Part shown: positions 36,334 to 46,575 of the stretch, piece after piece | Layout: every line of letters starts with the position of its first letter | How positions within the stretch are numbered: the first letter of the stretch is position 1 | NCBI GenBank assembly: GCA_944332815.1 | Contig: CALVKQ010000003.1 | Coordinates: 72,419-136,418 of the forward strand | Source of the DNA: an uncultured Clostridia bacterium | Lineage (GTDB): Bacteria; Bacillota; Clostridia; Christensenellales; CAG-917 | Direction of reading: 5' to 3' | DNA: 64,000 bases | The notes under the pieces: model-generated | The model's database searches: none | Told to the model about the DNA's origin: nothing | Seen by the model: only the letters and a program-made list of their open reading frames with translations | Position numbers and translations under genes: made by a program

Positions 36334-37227
36334 TCAGATGAGCGCTTCCACGAAATCTTTCGCGTCGAACGGGATTAGGTCGTCGATCTTCTCTCCCACC
36401 CCCACATACAGCACGGGAAGTTCCAGTTCCACGGAAATGGCGATGACCACGCCGCCCTTCGCGGTGCCGTCCAGCTTGGTGAGGATGATGCCGTCCAGGT
36501 CTATGGCTTCCGAGAATATCTCCGCCTGCGCCACGCCGTTCTGTCCCGTGGTGGCGTCCAGCACGAGATACTTCCTGAAATCGGCGTCCGGGAGCTCGCG
36601 ATCCACGACACGGCATATCTTTTTCAGTTCCTCCATGAGGTTCTTTTTGTTGTGCAGTCTGCCTGCCGTGTCCACGAGGATGACGTCCGTCCCCTTGGCT
36701 TTTGCGGAAGATATGGCGTCGAACACCACTGCCGCAGGGTCGGCGCCCTCGTTGTGGCGTATGACGCGCACGCCTGCCCTTTCTCCCCACACTTCCAGCT
36801 GCTCGCTCGCGGCGGCGCGGAAGGTGTCCGCAGCAGCGATGACCACGCTCTTGCCCTGTTCGCGGAACATATGAGCGAGTTTGCCTATCGCGGTGGTCTT
36901 CCCCACGCCGTTCACTCCCGAAAGCAGTATGACGAGCGGATAAGAGTATTCCTCGATGTCGTACTCGATGTTCTCCACCAAGATCTCTTTCAGTGTATCT
37001 TTCGCATCCTCGGGGGTTTTTATCTTCTCCTCGAACACGCGGTCTTTGAGGTCCGCGACGATGCTCTCGGAAGCGGTCACGCCGACGTCGCCTGCGAGCA
37101 GCGCCTCTTCCAGCGACTCATAAAACCCGTCGTCGAGCGAGCGCGCGGAAAAGGCATAAAACAGCTTTTTGGAAATGTTGTCCTTTGTCTTTTTTATCCC
37201 TTCGACTATCTTCTTGAAAAATCCCAT
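36334..37227 (-). CDS. ftsY: Signal recognition particle receptor FtsY
   Basis: 297 aa, GVNGVGKTT, SRP-GTPase NG domain. Confidence 0.93.
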   Translation of the reverse strand: MGFFKKIVEGIKKTKDNISKKLFYAFSARSLDDGFYESLEEALLAGDVGVTASESIVADLKDRVFEEKIKTPEDAKDTLKEILVENIEYDIEEYSYPLVILLSGVNGVGKTTAIGKLAHMFREQGKSVVIAAADTFRAAASEQLEVWGERAGVRVIRHNEGADPAAVVFDAISSAKAKGTDVILVDTAGRLHNKKNLMEELKKICRVVDRELPDADFRKYLVLDATTGQNGVAQAEIFSEAIDLDGIILTKLDGTAKGGVVIAISVELELPVLYVGVGEKIDDLIPFDAKDFVEALI

Positions 37228-37236
37228 AACTTCTCC

Positions 37237-40200
37237 TTATTCGGCGTCTATCGCGTGTTTCTGCGCCTCTTCGAAGGACACGGACACTATCTTCGTGACG
37301 CCGCGCTCTTCCATGGTGACGCCGAACAGATTGTCCGCATGGTGCATGGTGGGCTTGCGGTGCGTGATGACGATGAACTGCGTTTCTATCGCGAACTTCT
37401 TCAAAAATTCCGCAAACAGGTTGCAGTTGGTGTCGTCCAGCGCGGAGTCTATCTCGTCAAGGATGCAGAAAGGCATGGGTTTGAGCATGATTATAGCAAA
37501 CAGTATGCCTATCGCGGTGAGGGACTGCTCGCCGCCGCTGAACAGACTGATGTTTTGCAGACGCTTTCCGGGCGGTTGCAGAAAGATGTCTATGCCTGCT
37601 TCCAACGGGTCGTCCGTTTCGGAAGTGTTGAGGCGCAGTTCCCCTTTACCGCCGTTGAACAGCCTTGAAAAGATGTCCTTGAAGTTCTCGTTTATGCTGT
37701 CGAACGCCGTCACGAACTTATCTCGCATCTCTTCGGTGAGCGTGGCGATGACCTTCTTGATGTCGTTGACCGCGTTCATGATATCGTCGCGCATGGCGAT
37801 CTGCTCTTCCAGCCTGGCTTCGGTGTCCGCAAGGTCCTGCACGGCAAGAGGGTTGACCTCACCGAGCCTTGCGATGGATTTTTTGAGGTCGGCGATAACG
37901 GTCTTTGCCCCGTGATGCTCGAAGTCCTCTCTTTTGAGAGGGAGCGCGGAGGTGTATGTCAGGTCGTACGCTTCCAGGATATGCCCCTGCAAATAGGCGT
38001 TCTCGTTGTCCACGTTGAGGAGCATGTTCTCGTCGCGCAGCTTCTTTTCCTGCAAGGACGCTTTCGCTTCCGTGAGCGCCGTCCTCTCCTCGTCGAGCTC
38101 AACTATCCTGTCGGAAAGTTTCTTTTTGAGTTCGCTGAACCCGGCAAGCTGCTTTTCCAGTTCCTCTATGCGCTTGGCGTCCTCGGGTGAGAAAGTGGTC
38201 TTTGTGGGTGCGCTGCGTATCTTTTCGAGTTCCGCGCTGCGTGACGCCAGCTGTGCCGCAAGGTCCTCTTTCTCGTCTTTAAGCTGATTTTCCTCTCGGC
38301 GCAGACGGAAGAGCTCGGTGTCGTAACCGGCGAGCGCGTTTTTCTGCTCCGCGAGTTTGACGCGCAGGTCCATCACGGCGTCGCCGAGCAGTTCTCTTTC
38401 CGACTTCTGCTCGCTGCTCTGGGTCTTGGACGCCTCGATGAGCGCGCCGTACTCCTCCTGACGCTGCTTGACGTCCCCTTCCAGCTTGTCGATGTCGGCA
38501 AGTTCTTTCTCCAAACCTTTTATGAGCACACGCACCTGTTCGAGTTCCGCGGCGTCGGAGGCTATCTCCTCGTTGAGTCTGGCGACGGTTTCCTCCGCCT
38601 GTTTCGCCTTGTTCTCGTTGAGGGAGGTGCGGATGCTGACTTCGGATATTTTGGACGCTATCTCCGCAAGTTCCTCTTCCGCAGCCGCTATCTCCGCGAC
38701 GCGCTCCTCGCGCTGTGCGTTGAGGGACGCGATGCGCGAACGCAGCCTTTCGAGGTTGCTCTTTGCCTGCTCTATCTGCTTCTCCTGCGAAAGGAGTCCG
38801 GAATTCTGCGTGCGGCGCGAACCGCCCGTTATCTCGCCGCCCCTCGCGTATATCTCGCCGTCCAGGGTGACTATCTTGAAGCCTTGATTATACTTGCGGT
38901 ACAACCTCTCCGCAGTGTTCATGCCGTCCACGACGACGGTGGTGCCGAGAAGCGTCTGCACGAAAGGATAGAACTTGGTTTCGCATTCCACCAGATCGGC
39001 AGCCACGCCGTAGCAGCCCTGCTCCTGCAAAGCCGGCTGATATTCGCGCCCGAGCGCACGCGGACGACAAGCGCTGAGCGGACGGAAGGTCACCCTGCCG
39101 TAGCTCTTTTGTTTGAGGTAAGTTATGAGCGCCGCCGCGTCGCGTTCGGACTCCACCAACACGTTCTGGAGCGCCGCGCCGAGCGCGTACTCTATCGCGG
39201 ACTCGTAGCCTTCCGGCACGTTGATGACTTCGGCGAGCACCCCCATTATGCGCCCTTTGAGGACGGGGTCGTTCCTCGCGTCGCGCATGAGCTGCTTGAC
39301 CGCCTCCTGATAGCCCTGATAATCCTCCTTGATTGACATCGCAAGGCGCAGCTGTCCCTCCGCGAGCCCCAACTTGGAGTTCAGGGTCATGACATCCGCT
39401 TCCAAACCTTTGACCGCTTCCTGCGCGTCCAGTTTCCCCGACAGCACTTCGTTGTTCTTTTCGGAGAGTTCGCGCATCTCGCGTTTTCCCTCTCTGACGT
39501 TGGAGTCGAAGATGGAAAGGTCGGTTTCGGCGGCGTCCAGACTCGCCTTTTTGGCGGAGAGCATCTCCTGCAAATTCTTGGCGCGCTCCTCGTTTATCGC
39601 CTTTTCGGCGACTATGCCGGAGAGGTTGCCTTTGAGTTCGCCCAACCGTTTAAGCGCGTCAACGTACTCATCGTTTTTGCTCGCGATGTCGCTCTCGCGC
39701 CCTTCTATATCCTTGGACAAAAATTCCAGCTTCTTGTTTTTCGCCTCGAATTCCGCGGAAGTGTTGAGATACGCCTCGCTCTCCTCCGCCTTACGCTTTT
39801 CGCTACGCTCGATGAGTTCCGCCGACACGGAAAGCTGCCCTTCCACCGCGCTTATCTCCCCTTTGATGCGGTTGATCTCCGCCTGCAAATTGGTGATGCG
39901 CTCCTTGACGACGTTGGCTTCGCCCTGCATCTTCGCGGCGTCGACTTTCAGCTCCAAAAGTTCGGCGTTGCTCTCTTCGGCGAGCCTGTCCACGCCTCCC
40001 GACTGTTTGAGGCAGCGTTCGTATTCGTTGACGCACCTGGTGAACGCCTCCTCTTTTTCGTGCAGATCGCGCTGGGTCTGCTCGATGCGGTCGTAGATGC
40101 GCTGCTTGATGCGCTGGGCGTTCTCGTAATTGTATATGTAGAGGTTGACTTCCTGTATCTTGAGCTGTTCGCGCAGTTCGGCGTACTTTCTCGCCACCTC

Positions 40201-40833
40201 GGCTTGCCTGCGCAAAGGAGCGATGTGACGCTCTATCTCCGCGATGACGTCGTTTGCGGCTTGGAGGTTGATGGCGGTGAGTTCCAGCTTCTTCTCCGCC
40301 TCCGTACGCTGGCTGCGGAAATTGGAGATGCCTGCCGCTTCCTCGAATATCTTACGGCGCTCGCCGGGTTTTGCGGACATGATGTCCGTGACCTTGCCCT
40401 GTCCGATTATGCTGTAACCGTCCTTGCCCACGCCCGTGTCGCGGAAAAGATTGATGATATCCCTGCGCAGACACTTGGTGCGGTTGATGAAATAATCGCT
40501 GTGCTTGCTGCGGTCCAGCTTTCTTGTGATGGTAACTTCGTCGAAGGAGAGCGATGGGAACAGCTTTCTGTCGGAGTTGTCGAAAACCAGGGAAACCTCG
40601 CAATAGGACATCTTGCCGCGCCTCTCCGTGCCGGCAAAAATGACGTCCTCCATGTTCTCCGCGCGCATGGTCTTAGCCTTGGACTCGCCCAGCGTCCACC
40701 TTATCGCGTCGGAAACATTGGACTTTCCGCAGCCGTTGGGTCCTATGATCGCGCTGAACCCGTTCTGAAAAGGTATCTCGACGGGATCGGCGAAGGACTT
40801 GAACCCACGCGCCTCCATTTTGATAAGTCGCAT
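37237..40833 (-). CDS. smc: Chromosome segregation protein SMC
   Basis: 1198 aa. GPNGCGKSN, long coiled coils, hinge, LFSGGEQSL signature, Walker B ILDEIDSALD. Confidence 0.95.
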   Translation of the reverse strand: MRLIKMEARGFKSFADPVEIPFQNGFSAIIGPNGCGKSNVSDAIRWTLGESKAKTMRAENMEDVIFAGTERRGKMSYCEVSLVFDNSDRKLFPSLSFDEVTITRKLDRSKHSDYFINRTKCLRRDIINLFRDTGVGKDGYSIIGQGKVTDIMSAKPGERRKIFEEAAGISNFRSQRTEAEKKLELTAINLQAANDVIAEIERHIAPLRRQAEVARKYAELREQLKIQEVNLYIYNYENAQRIKQRIYDRIEQTQRDLHEKEEAFTRCVNEYERCLKQSGGVDRLAEESNAELLELKVDAAKMQGEANVVKERITNLQAEINRIKGEISAVEGQLSVSAELIERSEKRKAEESEAYLNTSAEFEAKNKKLEFLSKDIEGRESDIASKNDEYVDALKRLGELKGNLSGIVAEKAINEERAKNLQEMLSAKKASLDAAETDLSIFDSNVREGKREMRELSEKNNEVLSGKLDAQEAVKGLEADVMTLNSKLGLAEGQLRLAMSIKEDYQGYQEAVKQLMRDARNDPVLKGRIMGVLAEVINVPEGYESAIEYALGAALQNVLVESERDAAALITYLKQKSYGRVTFRPLSACRPRALGREYQPALQEQGCYGVAADLVECETKFYPFVQTLLGTTVVVDGMNTAERLYRKYNQGFKIVTLDGEIYARGGEITGGSRRTQNSGLLSQEKQIEQAKSNLERLRSRIASLNAQREERVAEIAAAEEELAEIASKISEVSIRTSLNENKAKQAEETVARLNEEIASDAAELEQVRVLIKGLEKELADIDKLEGDVKQRQEEYGALIEASKTQSSEQKSERELLGDAVMDLRVKLAEQKNALAGYDTELFRLRREENQLKDEKEDLAAQLASRSAELEKIRSAPTKTTFSPEDAKRIEELEKQLAGFSELKKKLSDRIVELDEERTALTEAKASLQEKKLRDENMLLNVDNENAYLQGHILEAYDLTYTSALPLKREDFEHHGAKTVIADLKKSIARLGEVNPLAVQDLADTEARLEEQIAMRDDIMNAVNDIKKVIATLTEEMRDKFVTAFDSINENFKDIFSRLFNGGKGELRLNTSETDDPLEAGIDIFLQPPGKRLQNISLFSGGEQSLTAIGILFAIIMLKPMPFCILDEIDSALDDTNCNLFAEFLKKFAIETQFIVITHRKPTMHHADNLFGVTMEERGVTKIVSVSFEEAQKHAIDAE

Positions 40834-40860
40834 ACTTTACCCTAAAAAATTATTTTGCTC

Positions 40861-40889
40861 ATTATAGCACATAACGCCGCTCCGCACAA
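40861..40889 (-). promoter_or_regulatory. Candidate smc promoter (extended -10)
   Basis: TTGTGC, 17-nt spacer, TGcTATAAT on the minus strand, about 28 nt before the ATG. Confidence 0.4.
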
Positions 40890-40901
40890 GCGCAAACGCC
40901 A

Positions 40902-40944
40902 ATGTTTCACAAATCCCGTGAAACGCGGAAATTTTGTGAAACAT
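40902..40944. promoter_or_regulatory. Inverted repeat ATGTTTCAC(N25)GTGAAACAT with an internal extra GTGAAAC; candidate operator
   Basis: 9-bp arms at 40902-40910 and 40936-40944. A third copy lies at 40918-40924 and a fourth, GTGAAACAT, at 41001-41009. Confidence 0.35.
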
Positions 40945-40954
40945 AGCCGTTAAA

Positions 40955-40984
40955 AGAAAAAATAGCCGATTAGATAGCGGCTAT
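40955..40984 (-). terminator. Rho-independent terminator after rnc
   Basis: ATAGCCG-ctatctaat-CGGCTAT followed by TTTTTT on the minus strand. Confidence 0.65.
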
Positions 40985-41022
40985 CTGCGGTTTTTTATGT
41001 GTGAAACATTTAATGCCAACGC

Positions 41023-41712
41023 TTATTTTCGGCGGCTGTTTTCGGAGGTCAGTTTTTGAAGCGCCGCGGCTGCCGCATTTTGCTGTGCCTCGCGTTTGCT
41101 CGCGCCGCTGCCCTCGCCCACCTTCTTGCCGTCGATGAGCACCGCGTAACGGAAAACGGGCAAGTGAGGCATACCCTCTCTCCCCTCTTCCGCGTACTCC
41201 GCCTTCAAGCCTTTTTTCATGACGTACTCGTTGAGGTGGGATTTGGCGTCCGTGAGCCTGACCGCGGCTTTTGCGGTCGCTATCTCGTCCGCAAGGTTAT
41301 TTAGGACGAACTTTTCCGCCTCTTCCTGCCCTCCGTCCAGGAATATCGCCGCCGTGAGCGCTTCGAAGAGGTCGCATTTGATGGAAGAATGCTCCGCTAT
41401 CCCCGTCTTGCGTTCGCTCTCGCCCGTGATGAGTTCGCCTGCCACGCCCAGTCTGTCGATGGCGCGCGCGAGCGGACGTTCGCTGACCGTGCAGGCGCGC
41501 ATCTTGGTGAGCAGCCCTTCGTCCGCCTTCGGATATTGCGCGTAAAGCCTGCGCGACACGATATATCCCAGCACGCTGTCCCCCAAAAATTCCAGGTTCT
41601 GATAATTCTCGCCCGAACGCTGAGCTGCGGAGGAATGCGTAAAAGCGCGCTCCAAAAGCGCGCCGTCACGGAAGGTGTATCCTATCTTTTCTTCAATCTT
41701 CTTTCTGTTCAT
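41023..41712 (-). CDS. rnc: Ribonuclease III
   Basis: Signature NLEFLGDSVL and a C-terminal dsRBD (GSGASKREAQQNAAAAAL). Start at MNRKKIEEK (41712). Confidence 0.92.
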   Translation of the reverse strand: MNRKKIEEKIGYTFRDGALLERAFTHSSAAQRSGENYQNLEFLGDSVLGYIVSRRLYAQYPKADEGLLTKMRACTVSERPLARAIDRLGVAGELITGESERKTGIAEHSSIKCDLFEALTAAIFLDGGQEEAEKFVLNNLADEIATAKAAVRLTDAKSHLNEYVMKKGLKAEYAEEGREGMPHLPVFRYAVLIDGKKVGEGSGASKREAQQNAAAAALQKLTSENSRRK

Positions 41713-42715
41713 CCGCAGTCTGTACCGAAGCGCGTATCTTCTCCACGATGCCGGATTTTGCAAGTTTTCTGGCTTGCAGTATGCTGGCGCATATAGACTT
41801 GCGTTTTGACGCGCCGTGAGCTTTCACCACCACTTTGTTCACGCCGAGGAAGCAGGCGCCGCCCTGGCTGTTGTAATCCATCTTGGTCTTGACTTCTTTG
41901 AGCACGGGCTTGAGGAGCAGCGCGCCGAGTTTTGCGCGCAGTCCGCCTTTGTTCACGCCCTCCATAAGTATGGAGAATATCGCCCCTGCCGTCCCCTCTG
42001 CGGACTTCAACGCTATATTGCCGTTGAACCCGTCCGCCACCACGACGTCGAAGTCGCCGGAGAGCATATCGCGCGCCTCGCAGTTGCCTTTGAAGTCGAT
42101 ATACGGCGAATTTTTGAGCAGTTCGAACGCCTCGCGGTTGAGCTCGTTGCCCTTTTTATCCTCCGCGCCGTTGCTGAGCAGCCCGACCGTAGGTTTGGCG
42201 TTGTCGGTGACGGCGCAGGAAAACGCGCTTGCCATGATGGCAAAATGCAGCAGATTGAGGGGCTTGCAGTCCACATTCGCGCCGCAGTCGCAGAGTATGA
42301 CGGGCTTGCCTTTCACGGTGGGCAGCGCCGGTGCGAGCGCGGGACGGGAAACGCCTTTTATCCTGCCCAGTTTCATATACGCCGCAACGAGCACCGCGCC
42401 CGTCGCGCCTGCCGAAACGAACCCGAGCGCGTCGGGATCTGACGCGAGCATTTCCAGCCCTTTTACGATGGAGCTGTCCTTTTTGGTTTTGACCGCGGTG
42501 GTGGGAACGTCGTCGTTGGTGATGATCTCGGGGGCGTGAACTATCTCCAAACGGGCAACATCGTAAGTGTGCCCTTCCAGTTCGTGCATGATAAGAGATC
42601 TGTCGCCCACCAAAACGACGTGCAAACTGTTCTTTGCTTTAAGGGCGTCCAAAGCGCCCAACACTGCCTCTTTGGGAGCATGATCCCCACCGAGAGCGTC
42701 AACGATGATCTTCAT
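41693..42715 (-). CDS. plsX: Phosphate acyltransferase PlsX
   Basis: 340 aa, MKIIVDALGGDHAP start, conserved throughout. Confidence 0.92.
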   Translation of the reverse strand: MKIIVDALGGDHAPKEAVLGALDALKAKNSLHVVLVGDRSLIMHELEGHTYDVARLEIVHAPEIITNDDVPTTAVKTKKDSSIVKGLEMLASDPDALGFVSAGATGAVLVAAYMKLGRIKGVSRPALAPALPTVKGKPVILCDCGANVDCKPLNLLHFAIMASAFSCAVTDNAKPTVGLLSNGAEDKKGNELNREAFELLKNSPYIDFKGNCEARDMLSGDFDVVVADGFNGNIALKSAEGTAGAIFSILMEGVNKGGLRAKLGALLLKPVLKEVKTKMDYNSQGGACFLGVNKVVVKAHGASKRKSICASILQARKLAKSGIVEKIRASVQTADEQKED

Positions 42716-42785
42716 CTTTCCTCCGCGAACTCCCCTATCCGAGTTCTTTAAGCAAAAAAAGAGAGCGCGACCGCTCTCTTATGGT

Positions 42786-42971
42786 TCAGTCTTCAGCCTT
42801 GGGTGCGACGACTTCCTTGCCCTTGTAGTAACCGCACTTGGGACACACGGTGTGGCTCTTTATGAGCTCTTTGCACTGGGGGCACTCGACAAGCCCGGGA
42901 GCGCTGATCTTCCAGTTTGCGTAACGGGAATTGGTCTTGGACTTGGAGATCTTATTCTTGGGAACTGCCAT
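42786..42971 (-). CDS. rpmF: 50S ribosomal protein L32
   Basis: [16 protein letters not shown] plus a CxxC...CxxC zinc ribbon. Confidence 0.93.
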   Translation of the reverse strand: MAVPKNKISKSKTNSRYANWKISAPGLVECPQCKELIKSHTVCPKCGYYKGKEVVAPKAED

Positions 42972-43014
42972 TTATCTTTCCTCCGATGGTTGTTATGTTA
43001 GTAGCACTCGTATG

Positions 43015-43043
43015 ATTATATAGAATCGCGCGAAAGATGTCAA
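43015..43043 (-). promoter_or_regulatory. Consensus sigma-70 promoter of rpmF
   Basis: TTGACA, 17-nt spacer, TATAAT on the minus strand. Confidence 0.65.
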
Positions 43044-43071
43044 ACGGTTTTGAGCAATTTGCCCACGCCCG

Positions 43072-44274
43072 TCATCTTCTGTCCGCGGCGACGAGTTTTG
43101 CGGTTTCGCGCGCGATGGAAAGCTCCTCGTTGGTGGGGAGCACTATGACCTTGACGTAGCTTTCGGAGTCGGACAGGATGTGCAGCCCTTCCGCGCGTTT
43201 CTCGTTTTCCTCGAAATCGAAGGTCACGCCCAGATATTCCATATCCTCCATGATGAGCCTGCGCATATACGAACTGTTCTCGCCGATGCCGCCGGTGAAG
43301 ACGATGGCGTCCACTCCGCCCAGCGCTGCCGCGAACGCGCCGATATACTTCTTTATGCGATACGCCGCAGCCTCAACGGCAAGCGCCGCTTTTTCGTTCC
43401 CGTCCGCGATGGCCTTTTCCAGCACGCGCATATCGGAGTCGAGCTCGCTTATCCCGAGCATACCGCACTTTTTGTTGAGATACTGCACCGTTTCTTCGGG
43501 AGTCATGCCCAGTTTCTCGCGCAAAAACTCCACGGCGGCAGGGTCGATGTCACCGCTGCGCGTCCCCATGATGAGCCCCTCGAGAGGAGTGAAGCCCATG
43601 GAAGTGTCTATGCACTTGCCGTCCTTGACCGCGGATATGCTGGAACCGTTGCCGAGATGACAGATGATGATGCGGCTGTGCTCCGCACCGAGATATTTGA
43701 CGGCTTCCTCGCTCACGAACTTGTGACTGGTGCCGTGGAAACCGTACTTTCTGATCTTGTATTGCTGATAGACGGAGTACGGGATGCCGTACATGAACGC
43801 CTTGGGGGGCATGGTGCTGTGGAAAGTGGTGTCGAACACCGCCACCATGGGCACTCCGGGCATGACCTCTCTGCAACTCTTTATGCAGGCGATGTTGCCG
43901 GGCATATGCAGCGGACCGAGTTCCGCATTCTTCTCGCAGATGCGCACCACTTCGTCGTCGATGACGACGGAGGAGTGGAAGTCCTCGCCGCTGTGCAGCA
44001 CGCGGTGCCCCACCGCGCCTATCTCGGACACGGAGGAGATGGCGCCGGACTTCTCGTCCACGAGCGCTTTGAGCACCAGCTCTATCGCCTCTTTATGGGT
44101 GGGCATATCCTCATCCAGCCTGAAAGTCCTGCCGTCCGCGGTCTTTTGGCTTATGGAACCGCCCTTCATGCCTATGCGCTCGCATATGCCTTTGAGCAGC
44201 ATGGATTCGCTGGCTATGTCTATGAGCTGATATTTGAGGGAGGAGCTCCCGGCGTTTATGACGAGTATGTTCAT
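43072..44274 (-). CDS. ackA: Acetate kinase
   Basis: 400 aa, MNILVINAGSSSLKYQL, conserved ASKHA motifs. Confidence 0.95.
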   Translation of the reverse strand: MNILVINAGSSSLKYQLIDIASESMLLKGICERIGMKGGSISQKTADGRTFRLDEDMPTHKEAIELVLKALVDEKSGAISSVSEIGAVGHRVLHSGEDFHSSVVIDDEVVRICEKNAELGPLHMPGNIACIKSCREVMPGVPMVAVFDTTFHSTMPPKAFMYGIPYSVYQQYKIRKYGFHGTSHKFVSEEAVKYLGAEHSRIIICHLGNGSSISAVKDGKCIDTSMGFTPLEGLIMGTRSGDIDPAAVEFLREKLGMTPEETVQYLNKKCGMLGISELDSDMRVLEKAIADGNEKAALAVEAAAYRIKKYIGAFAAALGGVDAIVFTGGIGENSSYMRRLIMEDMEYLGVTFDFEENEKRAEGLHILSDSESYVKVIVLPTNEELSIARETAKLVAADRR

Positions 44275-44281
44275 GCTTCCC

Positions 44282-45283
44282 TCACTTCACCGATTGCAGA
44301 GCGGTTATGGCGGCGACTGCCACTATATCCTCCGCCACACAACCGCGGCTGAGGTCGTTGACGGGGAGCGCGAGCCCCTGCATTATGGGGCCGACCGCCA
44401 TGCAATTGCCGAAACGCTGCGCCAGTTTGTAGCCGATATTGCCTGCGTCGAGGTTGGGGAACACGAGCACGTTGGCTCTGCCGGCGACGCCGCTGCCGGG
44501 CGCTTTGGCTTCGCCCACGCCCTCCACGATCGCGGCGTCAAGCTGCAACTCGCCGTCCACGTCGATGTAGGGATGCGCGGCTTTGACGAGTGCGTATGCA
44601 GCCCTCACCTTTTCCACGGACTCGTGCTGCGCGCTGCCCTTGGTGGAGAAGGAGAGCATCGCGATCTTGGGCTCCACTTCAACTATCTGTTTCGCGCTGA
44701 AATACGCCGCCTGAACTATATCGGCAAGCTGTTCGACGGTGGGGTACGGGATGACCGCGCAATCCGCAAAGATGAACGCCGGCGCATGGGCGTACTCGAA
44801 CCCGTCGGGAGGTATCATGACAAAGCAGCTGGACACGCTCTTGATGCCGGGAGCCGCCTTTATGACCTGGAACGCCGCACGCGAAACGTCCGCGGAGGAG
44901 AACACCGCGCCGCCCACCACGCCGTCCACATCGCCGCATTTGAGCGCCGTGCAGGCGTAGAACATATTGTTGCCCTTTATGGTGCGCATCGCGACGTCTT
45001 CCGTCATGCCCTTCTCTTTGCGCAGTTCGTACAGTTTTTTGGCGTACTTTTCGACGTACTTGTCGTTCGCGCCGGGGTCGCGGAAGGACACGCCGGAGAA
45101 CTTATATTCGGGATATTTGGCTTTGATCTCCGCCTCGTTGCCGATGAGGACGATCTTGCCTATCTTCTTTTGCGTGAATATCTCCGCCGCTTTTGCGACT
45201 CTGGGATCGCTGCCTTCGGCGAGAGCTATGGTCTTTTGCAGTTTTGCGGCTCTTTCGAGCAGGTGGTCGAGAAATTCTGACAT
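44282..45283 (-). CDS. pta: Phosphate acetyltransferase
   Basis: 333 aa with a conserved Pta C-terminal-domain-type sequence. Forms the pta-ackA pair. Confidence 0.92.
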   Translation of the reverse strand: MSEFLDHLLERAAKLQKTIALAEGSDPRVAKAAEIFTQKKIGKIVLIGNEAEIKAKYPEYKFSGVSFRDPGANDKYVEKYAKKLYELRKEKGMTEDVAMRTIKGNNMFYACTALKCGDVDGVVGGAVFSSADVSRAAFQVIKAAPGIKSVSSCFVMIPPDGFEYAHAPAFIFADCAVIPYPTVEQLADIVQAAYFSAKQIVEVEPKIAMLSFSTKGSAQHESVEKVRAAYALVKAAHPYIDVDGELQLDAAIVEGVGEAKAPGSGVAGRANVLVFPNLDAGNIGYKLAQRFGNCMAVGPIMQGLALPVNDLSRGCVAEDIVAVAAITALQSVK

Positions 45284-45381
45284 AATAACCTCAATTCGCG
45301 TGATATGTTTGATTTATTCGTCAACGGGATATATTATAGAACCGACGCCGCAAAAAAGCAAGAAATCTAAGGAGCATATTC

Positions 45382-46479
45382 GTGAAAATAGCTGCGATCA
45401 TAGCGGAATACAATCCCCTGCACAACGGGCATCTCAAACTCATAAAGAAAGTGCGCAGGGAGGTCAAGCCCGAGGCGCTTGTCATCGTGATTAGCGGCAG
45501 TTTCACCGAGCGCGGCGACATCTGCGTCGCCGATAAATACACGCGCGCGAAATGGGCGGTGGACTGCGGCGCGGATCTCGTCATCGAACTCCCCACCGTC
45601 TACACCCTCTCCCCTGCCAAATCTTTTGCGGAAGGAGCGTTGAAGACGCTGTCCATGCTCGGAGAGTTCACGCTGTGTTTCGGCACCGAAACGAAGGAGT
45701 TCGAGGAGCTGTCTTACGTTGCGGAATTCATGCGCAGCGAGTCGCGCGAGATGAGCAATATGCTGCGCGGCTATCTTTCCGAAGGCTACTCCGTCGCAAA
45801 GTCGCGCACTCTTGCGCTCGACATGATACATCCCGATTACGCAAATCTCGTCAAGTCCCCCAACAATATCCTGGCGATAGAGTATCTAAAAGCAGGGTCG
45901 GCTTACGGCGATAAGGTGCAGTATCACAACGTGGAGAGGAAACCCGACAACAACAAGACCATCCTCTCCTCCACAAAAATACGTAATCTGATGAAAGAGG
46001 GCAAGGACTGGTCCGCTTTCGTCCCCGAATGCGTGAAGGTGGAGCGCCCCACCGACCTCACCAAATACGGCACGGTGTCCACTTACGCCATGCGCACCCG
46101 CACTCCCGAACAGCTTGCCGAGATAGCCAACATATCCGAAGGGCTGGAAAACCGCATCGCGAAGACGGACTTCAATTCTCTCGAAGAGTTCCTGCTCCTG
46201 ACCACAAAACGCTATACGCGCTCCACGATCAAACGCATCGCAGCCTGTTCCGCGGTGGGCATCACGAAGGAGCTGGTGGAACTCGCAAGGGCGAACAAAC
46301 CTTACACCACCGTGCTCGCCGTCAACGAGCGCAAGAAAAAGGCGTTGTTCTCGCTGCTGGCGGCTGCGGACGGCTACTTTTATTACAAACCCTCGGACTG
46401 TCCCTCCGACAGCCCCGTGCGTCCTCTGCTCGACGTGGACCTGCGCGCCGCGAAAATATTGCGGCTCTGCGCTGAATAA
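45382..46479 (+). CDS. tmcAL: tRNA(Met) cytidine acetate ligase TmcAL (YlbM/UPF0348 nucleotidyltransferase)
   Basis: MKIAAIIAEYNPLHNGHLKLI. GTG start with AAGGAG upstream. Confidence 0.8.
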   Translation: MKIAAIIAEYNPLHNGHLKLIKKVRREVKPEALVIVISGSFTERGDICVADKYTRAKWAVDCGADLVIELPTVYTLSPAKSFAEGALKTLSMLGEFTLCFGTETKEFEELSYVAEFMRSESREMSNMLRGYLSEGYSVAKSRTLALDMIHPDYANLVKSPNNILAIEYLKAGSAYGDKVQYHNVERKPDNNKTILSSTKIRNLMKEGKDWSAFVPECVKVERPTDLTKYGTVSTYAMRTRTPEQLAEIANISEGLENRIAKTDFNSLEEFLLLTTKRYTRSTIKRIAACSAVGITKELVELARANKPYTTVLAVNERKKKALFSLLAAADGYFYYKPSDCPSDSPVRPLLDVDLRAAKILRLCAE

Positions 46480-46575
46480 GAGCAAGCGCACCCCGACGCA
46501 AGCGGCATGCCAGACAGGAATAACTAAGTCACTTTAATATATTTTCACGCGGCGTTGCCGCAGCAAGGGGGAAAC

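Noticed and set aside
40915-40945. CcpA cre site or CRP/FNR-type box in the smc upstream repeats.
   Set aside because: Hand alignment to WTGNAANCGNWNNCW and to TGTGA-N6-TCACA fails at core positions.
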